Shown: positions 58,473 through 64,000 of the stretch, piece by piece
How positions within the stretch are numbered: the stretch's first letter is position 1
Layout of the letters: the number at the start of each line of letters is the position of its first letter
NCBI GenBank assembly: GCA_018897195.1
Contig: JAHILH010000001.1
Location: forward strand, 412,565-476,564
Length of the DNA stretch: 64,000 nt
DNA from: Patescibacteria group bacterium
GTDB taxonomy: Bacteria; Patescibacteriota; Patescibacteriia; Patescibacteriales; UBA12075
Direction: 5' to 3'
The notes under the pieces: generated by a model
Databases searched by the model: none
The model's input: only the letters and a program-made list of their open reading frames with translations
What the model was told of the DNA's origin: nothing
Program-made: the position numbers and the translations under genes

Positions 58473-58499
58473 ATGGTTTGTAAATTATTGCAAATTTAA

Positions 58500-59054
58500 T
58501 TATTTTAATATGAAATTCAATTTTTCAAAACCAGACTTGTCTAAATATTCACTTACATAAAATTCTTCATCCCTAATATCAAAGGCTTCTTTCGTCTTTG
58601 GATTAATCCAAAAATAATAGCTATATCTTTTGCCATGAATCTTTTTATGTTGCGTAGTTAGCTCTTGAAGTTTTTTTGTAGGAATAACAATCGAATGAGG
58701 ACTCAATGTTCTTCTCCCGATTTGAACGTCTTCTTCTATGACATAAATTAAAAAAATGAAAAATTCAGCCGTTGCACCAAATATTGTTTTTCCCTCAAGA
58801 TAAAACCAGCCCACATTTCCATGTCCATGCCTACGAAGCTCATTCTTTTTTGGCTCAAAGGCCTTGCTACCCTTAACCTGGATCGTTACTGCGCTCTTGG
58901 TGTCCACATTCATTAAAACCAAATCAACACCTTTCATTTGTGCATTCATTGGCATTAAGACTTCAATATTCTTATTGGTTTCGTTTCGTAATATTCCAGA
59001 AACGACAGCCTCATCCGTATTCAAAGACCAAAAATTTTTATAAGAGACTCCCAT
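58500..59054 (-). CDS. PD-(D/E)xK nuclease-like protein
   Basis: E...GVDL...IQVKG pattern of the restriction-endonuclease fold. Confidence 0.65.
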   Translation of the reverse strand: MGVSYKNFWSLNTDEAVVSGILRNETNKNIEVLMPMNAQMKGVDLVLMNVDTKSAVTIQVKGSKAFEPKKNELRRHGHGNVGWFYLEGKTIFGATAEFFIFLIYVIEEDVQIGRRTLSPHSIVIPTKKLQELTTQHKKIHGKRYSYYFWINPKTKEAFDIRDEEFYVSEYLDKSGFEKLNFILK

Positions 59055-59073
59055 ATTTTTTATAATTTATGAT

Positions 59074-59922
59074 TTATTCTTTTGACAATATTAAACGCAT
59101 CAATAGTCCAGTAAGATACATAAAAGCTTCAGCCTCTTTATTTGAAAAATTAGATCCAGAATGTCTACTGCTATATTCGTGAGCAATTTGCTTGTAATTA
59201 TATATTATTTGTTTATATTCTTTAGAAAGCCCAATTTCATCCACCAAATCATTTGAGTTTTTTTCAAAAGTTTTATTATTTTTCAAAATCAGCCTGGTCA
59301 AACCCTCTATTGAAGAATACGCATTAGTAATGGCATCTTTACGAGATGCTAAATTCCCCAAGGAGTCCTTAAAATGATTAAGTGCTACATTATACTGAAT
59401 CTTAATAGCTGGATATTTATCTAACCATAATAAATTATCCAATATTAAGGCGTCATCAAGCTCTTTAGCCCCTGCTCTGTAGAAATTTCCATCTTTCCAA
59501 AATATACCAATCTCCGAACTTGAATTTAAAAAAACATCTTCGATTCTTCTATTAAAGTTGCGGGTATTGACGACTCTTGAATTATCGAATATATATCTCC
59601 TATCCATTTCTCGAAGCCTACCGGTATCTATAAATTCATGACAATACTCTACCAACAACAAAGTCTTGATAAAATCATTGCCCGCAACAATTTTCAATGA
59701 CATGTCGACATATTGACCTTCGTGGTTTTGGTGAAATTTTTCATTCCAAGCTTTGCCAGATTTCAGACTTATCCATAGAACGAAATCGCTATGCCAGTAA
59801 AAGCCATCATCGCTCTCAAGCCAACTAAAAAGATGTGAATTAACCCTATTCACAAATTGATTTTTCAACTCTTCTAAATTATCATCGGAAATTCCAAATC
59901 TTGAATTAAAATCTTTGCTCAT
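59074..59922 (-). CDS. Abi-like protein with C-terminal HEPN-like domain
   Basis: N-terminal FNSRFG; C-terminal AITNAYSSIEGL, SRH and EAEAFM pattern recalled from AbiJ-type/HEPN proteins. Confidence 0.55.
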   Translation of the reverse strand: MSKDFNSRFGISDDNLEELKNQFVNRVNSHLFSWLESDDGFYWHSDFVLWISLKSGKAWNEKFHQNHEGQYVDMSLKIVAGNDFIKTLLLVEYCHEFIDTGRLREMDRRYIFDNSRVVNTRNFNRRIEDVFLNSSSEIGIFWKDGNFYRAGAKELDDALILDNLLWLDKYPAIKIQYNVALNHFKDSLGNLASRKDAITNAYSSIEGLTRLILKNNKTFEKNSNDLVDEIGLSKEYKQIIYNYKQIAHEYSSRHSGSNFSNKEAEAFMYLTGLLMRLILSKE

Positions 59923-60216
59923 TTAATTATTAATTTTAACACCAAATAAATCATTCTTTATATTTAAATAAGTCATCCTTTGTTCCGTCAGAGTCTCTCT
60001 ATGAGCACTTAACGAATTTTTTTATACCCCAACACTTCGTGTCAAATATCACCTCACTAGAGTAATTATCCAGGAGACTTTAATGGACAATAAGGGCTTA
60101 TATATATCAATATTTATCACTGAAATTAGCAGCCCACCGCTATTCACACGTTAATAATAAATTTTGAATAAATCACAACATCATATGTATTAATTTTATC
60201 CAATCAGCATTACGCG

Positions 60217-61332
60217 TTACCTCGCCTTCATGTCATTAATAGCTTCTAATAATTTTATCGTAACATCACCATCTAAATTATCTCCATCATATCTAACTTG
60301 ATATAGACCTTGTAGATTTGAAGGGAGTTCAATGCCATTTTTTACTAACAATACAAATCTTCTGTTATACAAAGCCATCGCAGCCCCAATTTCTATCAAT
60401 ACATTGGAATTTATTACTACTCTTTCGTTGGCATTTTCGTCAATTAATTTTTCCTCGGCATCAACGTGAATAATTGCTGCTCCGCATTTTCTCATTCCCT
60501 CCAAAACCTTATCTGGTACAGGAACAGAAACTGTTTGTTCTTCAATTGCTACCACAGCTTCAAGTTCCCCAAATTTTAATAATTTTTTAATTGATTCTAT
60601 AAATGCTTTGTTTCTGCCGTGTGTTATAAATACGCGTCTTTTCTTACTATCATCTTTGTTTGCATTTCCCATATTTCCGTCATTAATATCGTCAAATCTG
60701 TCGTCGCCACCATTGTCATTTTCAACAATATTAAGACTTTCCCCACTTCCATTCACAATACTATCCTCCTCAATATGTGCTTGTCTAGTCGGCGCCACGT
60801 CCAAAGATACGTAACTCTTTCCTTTTATATTTTCAATAAAATTAACAGATTGTGAAGTTTCAATAATTATTTGATAAACTTGTTTTGCCTTTTTGTTCGG
60901 AATGCCCATTTCCTCTAATACATTATAAGCAATATTCTCAGTTGGCAAGGCATGATTATTGTATTTGTTAAGAAATTTATTGATAACGCTTGGCATTAGA
61001 GCAGCCTCTCTTTTTGCAATCAAATCTCCTCCTTCAACAATAGGTTTTATTACCCGTCTACCTAAATCAGTAACACTTATTACGGACGCATTATAACCCC
61101 CCACGGTTAGGCCATAAGCTATTGATGCGCCACACATCATCCTAAAAGGACCAGATGAAAGTGATACATTCATTGCTTTAGCCACAAGAAGAGGTTTTGT
61201 TGGCTGTCCTCCGTAATTATCAATAATCGCCCGCGAAATACGAAGAGCATTTTCAATATTATAGCTTGGCACATCAGACTGACTCACATAGCCTTTTTTA
61301 AAATTTACTGTTTCTGATTCATTCTTTTTCAT
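60217..61332 (-). CDS. Helical/winged-helix N-domain fused to a CAP12/Pycsar-type TIR domain
   Basis: RVFITHGRN, NVLIEIG (catalytic Glu position) and LPSNLQG; acidic linker. Confidence 0.8.
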   Translation of the reverse strand: MKKNESETVNFKKGYVSQSDVPSYNIENALRISRAIIDNYGGQPTKPLLVAKAMNVSLSSGPFRMMCGASIAYGLTVGGYNASVISVTDLGRRVIKPIVEGGDLIAKREAALMPSVINKFLNKYNNHALPTENIAYNVLEEMGIPNKKAKQVYQIIIETSQSVNFIENIKGKSYVSLDVAPTRQAHIEEDSIVNGSGESLNIVENDNGGDDRFDDINDGNMGNANKDDSKKRRVFITHGRNKAFIESIKKLLKFGELEAVVAIEEQTVSVPVPDKVLEGMRKCGAAIIHVDAEEKLIDENANERVVINSNVLIEIGAAMALYNRRFVLLVKNGIELPSNLQGLYQVRYDGDNLDGDVTIKLLEAINDMKAR

Positions 61333-61733
61333 ATTATTTTTATTATTAAATAAGATAATTCTATTATACATGATAAAATGTGTTTGTCAACTATTTATAT
61401 TTAATTTAATATAAGCCAATAAATTATATTATTAAAAATATAAACACATTTCCAGACATTTTTATAATAAACAATAAACTATATTTATTTAATATTAGCA
61501 GAGGCATTCAGATTATTATCCCGAAATGTCTAAATAGCAGACAATATCAAAATGTCATCTATTAATCCAATAATTATATAACTTACCCAAAATGCATCTA
61601 GAATTATAACAAATTGCGTAATAACACAAATAGGTTTAGATAAAAATGCTCTTCTGCCACCTACTCTCATCACAATCATGTGGGCAAATAAAAATTCTGA
61701 CCATTAAAAATAATTATGATCAACAAAAAATAC

Positions 61734-61764
61734 AAAAAAACCAAGGGTATAAACCTTGGTTTTT
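61734..61764 (-). terminator. Terminator downstream of tRNA-Trp
   Basis: AAAAACCAAGG / CCTTGGTTTTT. Confidence 0.7.
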
Positions 61765-61848
61765 GAAAAAGTAATTATCTACACAAAATATCTAGTAAAA
61801 CACCAATATCCAACTATGTAGAAATTCTAAGCACTAAAAACTATTATG

Positions 61849-61919
61849 CACGGGTGGTAAGAATCGAACTCACGCTAGAGGTTTTGGAGACCCCTGTACT
61901 ACCATTATACTACACCCGC
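61849..61919 (-). tRNA. tRNA-Trp(CCA)
   Basis: Minus strand GCGGGTG...GGGGT-CTCCAAA-ACCTC...GTTCGATTC...CACCCGT-G cloverleaf. Confidence 0.95.
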
Positions 61920-61947
61920 CTGCGCTGAAGCTACGGCGTGGCGAGGC
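61915..61947. repeat. Short GC-rich hairpin repeat (family C, copy 2), abutting the tRNA-Trp 5' end
   Basis: CCCGCCTGCGCTGAAGCTACGGCGTGGCGAGGC; similar to 25720-25752. Confidence 0.6.
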
Positions 61948-62073
61948 CCGCTTATCTAACAAGATATAACTTGGCATTGCCCACTATATTTCAGTTTATT
62001 TATTTGTCTTTCCTCCATTATAAAACAAAAAGTTCATAAAGACAAATTATGAACTTTTTTAAAACTTTGTGTA

Positions 62074-62229
62074 TTACTTAGTTTCTTTGTGTGGTGTATG
62101 CTTTTTGCAATATTTGCAATATTTGCTAAGATTCAATCTCTCTTTCAAGGTTTTCTTGTTCTTTCTTGAGAAATAGTTAACTGTTTTGCATTCAGTACAC
62201 TCAAATTTAATCATGTTGTCTTGTGACAT
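62074..62229 (-). CDS. rpmG: 50S ribosomal protein L33, zinc-binding form (not in ORF track)
   Basis: [51 protein letters not shown]. Confidence 0.95.
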   Translation of the reverse strand: MSQDNMIKFECTECKTVNYFSRKNKKTLKERLNLSKYCKYCKKHTPHKETK

Positions 62230-62391
62230 ATGCCCGCTTTAATAACAATAAACAGACGTCGACGCCTGTCTAAGGTATGTAAAATAATATTAATTTCTGT
62301 ATATATAATATTACAAAACTGTAATAAAGTCAACTATTGTGGCAACTGGTGTCTTTGTGGATATTTTTTACCTAATATTAAGCAAAATTAT

Positions 62392-63489
62392 CTATTCCAA
62401 TCTCAATTCCGATTCTAGGTCTTTTGGCTCTGGAAAAAGCAAAACGTCTTCTGGATAAAATAGTAAAAAAACCTGATCACCCACCTTAAAGCTCTCCTTG
62501 ATCTTTTCCTCCTTAATTCGCTTGTAGGAGCGGAAAATAACCCCATCACCGATATTGACCTTATATTCATACATTGTCCCCAAAAAATCAATATCTTCGA
62601 TTTTTCCACTCAACATATTGTTGGTGCCATTGGTGCGTAAATGAATCTTTTCCGGACGCACACCGAGGACTAATTTCTTATTCTTGGGTGTCTTTGCTAC
62701 CTCGATATACTTCTCATCAAAAACAACCTCAGTACTGGAAAATCTTTCTACCTTCAAAAAATTACATTTACCGATGAAGTTAGCTGCAAAAATTGAATTG
62801 GGATGATTGTAAAGCTCTTCCGGACTACCCATTTGGATTATCTTACCCTTCTTCATCAAGATAATGTCATCAGACATCGTCATTGCCTCTATTTGGTTGT
62901 GGGTAACGTGAATAGCGGTGATTTTATTTTCGCGAGCGATTCTTTCTAATTCATGACGCAAGAAAGTTCCAATCTTGGCATCAAGAGCTGACAATGGTTC
63001 ATCTAGTAATAAAAGTCCAGAGCTAGACGCTAGGGCCCTTGCTAAGCCTAAGCGCTGACGCATACCACCGGATAACTCACTAGGCATCGCCTCTGAACGA
63101 TGCGCCAAGCCAACGCGTTCTAGATTTTCCTTCACGATTTTATCAATCTCCTCTTGGGGTAGACCTTTGACTGTTGGACCATAGGCTACATTATGCCAAA
63201 CATCCATGTGCGGGAAAACAGCGAAGTGTTGAAAGACAAAACCGATATTACGAGCTTGTGTCGATAACTCGGACACATTCTTGTTATCAAAATATAACTT
63301 CCCGCTCGTCGGCACCTCTAAGCCGGCAATAATGCGCAAAAGAGTTGTCTTGCCACAACCGGATGGACCAAGCAAGGTGGTATATTTTTCATTTCTAATT
63401 TCCAAATCAACATGATCCAAAGCAAAGACTTCCCCACCCTTGGCACCTTTGAATTTTTTTACTAAATTTTTTACGGTAATTTTTGGCAT
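62392..63489 (-). CDS. ABC importer ATPase (PotA/FbpC-like with TOBE domain)
   Basis: GPSGCGKT, LSGGMRQR, LLDEP, HVTH and GVRPE motifs. Confidence 0.92.
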   Translation of the reverse strand: MPKITVKNLVKKFKGAKGGEVFALDHVDLEIRNEKYTTLLGPSGCGKTTLLRIIAGLEVPTSGKLYFDNKNVSELSTQARNIGFVFQHFAVFPHMDVWHNVAYGPTVKGLPQEEIDKIVKENLERVGLAHRSEAMPSELSGGMRQRLGLARALASSSGLLLLDEPLSALDAKIGTFLRHELERIARENKITAIHVTHNQIEAMTMSDDIILMKKGKIIQMGSPEELYNHPNSIFAANFIGKCNFLKVERFSSTEVVFDEKYIEVAKTPKNKKLVLGVRPEKIHLRTNGTNNMLSGKIEDIDFLGTMYEYKVNIGDGVIFRSYKRIKEEKIKESFKVGDQVFLLFYPEDVLLFPEPKDLESELRLE

Positions 63490-63499
63490 ATTTTTATTA

Positions 63500-64000
63500 T
63501 TACATCTTATTCTTATTATACTTCAATAAAGTTAGGAAAACAATTGCGAGCGCGAATAAAACCACACTCACAAAGGCGGCTTGGTTTAATTCATTCGCTT
63601 TCACTAGCTCAACGATATAAACTGGAATAGTTTTTATATTACTCGACACCGCCAAAGTGGCACCCGTTTCTGATAGACTACGCATAAAGACCATAATTGA
63701 ACCGGCAATTAGCGCAGGTTTGATTTGAGGCAATAAGATTGAGGTGAACATTTTACGGAAACTGGCACCAAGGGTAAAAGCCGCTTCTTCGGTCGCTTCG
63801 GAAATATCCTTGATAGCCGCTGAGACCGGCGCCACTAGCAAGGGAAAAGAAAAGCTAAGATGCGTGAGAACTAAAATCAATAATTCATTCCCAAAAAAAT
63901 TACGCCAGAACAAAACTAAAGAAAGACCCAGGGCGCTCGTTGGCACCAAGAGGACAACTTCATTTAAGATGTCTAACACCTTGCCCAGGCGATATTTATT
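63500..64000 (-). CDS. ABC importer permease, 5' end outside the window
   Basis: EEAAFTLGAS (EAA motif) and multiple TM segments; frame continues to the window edge. Confidence 0.88.
   Translation of the reverse strand, partial: NKYRLGKVLDILNEVVLLVPTSALGLSLVLFWRNFFGNELLILVLTHLSFSFPLLVAPVSAAIKDISEATEEAAFTLGASFRKMFTSILLPQIKPALIAGSIMVFMRSLSETGATLAVSSNIKTIPVYIVELVKANELNQAAFVSVVLFALAIVFLTLLKYNKNKM

Noticed and set aside
52941..61332. Integron cassette array or integrated element
   Set aside because: No integrase, no recognisable attC repeats and no convincing duplicate of the tRNA-Trp 3' end in the window.
61781..61800. NrdR-like box near the tRNA-Trp terminator
   Set aside because: Single partial match in AT-rich DNA with no nucleotide-metabolism gene adjacent.
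446..62777. The many 60-170 aa ORFs overlapping larger genes
   Set aside because: They are antisense or off-frame shadows of well-supported genes, without motifs or initiation signals.
1..64000. CRISPR array, rRNA, intact transposase or alternative genetic code
   Set aside because: No regularly spaced repeats, rRNA motifs or transposase ORFs were seen; long genes read through under code 11, and TGA terminates genes such as rodA.

Overview
AT-rich bacterial chromosome segment, with almost all genes on the minus strand. Gene content and style suggest a Patescibacteria/CPR (Parcubacteria-like) genome using the standard code 11; this is inference from the VirD4-like ATPase pair, short AlaRS, A/T-rich leaders without Shine-Dalgarno sites, tRNAs without encoded CCA, TGA used as stop and tRNA-Trp(CCA). 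About 1-35 kb is mostly core genes: ahcY plus an adenosine kinase, tsf, rpsB, mnmA, rplY, rodA, rnhA, recJ, lepA, alaS, cysS, parAB and tRNA-Leu, interspersed with three families of palindromic repeats. About 35-62 kb is accessory: an ECF sigma module, two ArsR redox/metal operons, a radical SAM/SPASM locus, an ABC-F ATPase, nrdAB, a stand-alone trpB, and a defence-like cluster beside tRNA-Trp, then rpmG and an ABC importer. Best leads, none of which are in the ORF track: (1) a 46-aa Cys-containing peptide directly behind the radical SAM/SPASM gene and followed by a HExxH protein, i.e. a candidate RiPP system in a CPR-like genome; (2) a complete Trp-Trp leader-peptide attenuator, apparently leaderless, controlling the lone trpB; (3) a twice-repeated TGAAAG-N17-CGTA promoter that predicts the ECF sigma regulon; (4) a 171-bp REPIN/MITE-like element with compensatory hairpin changes. 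All calls come from reading the sequence by eye; no database search was run.
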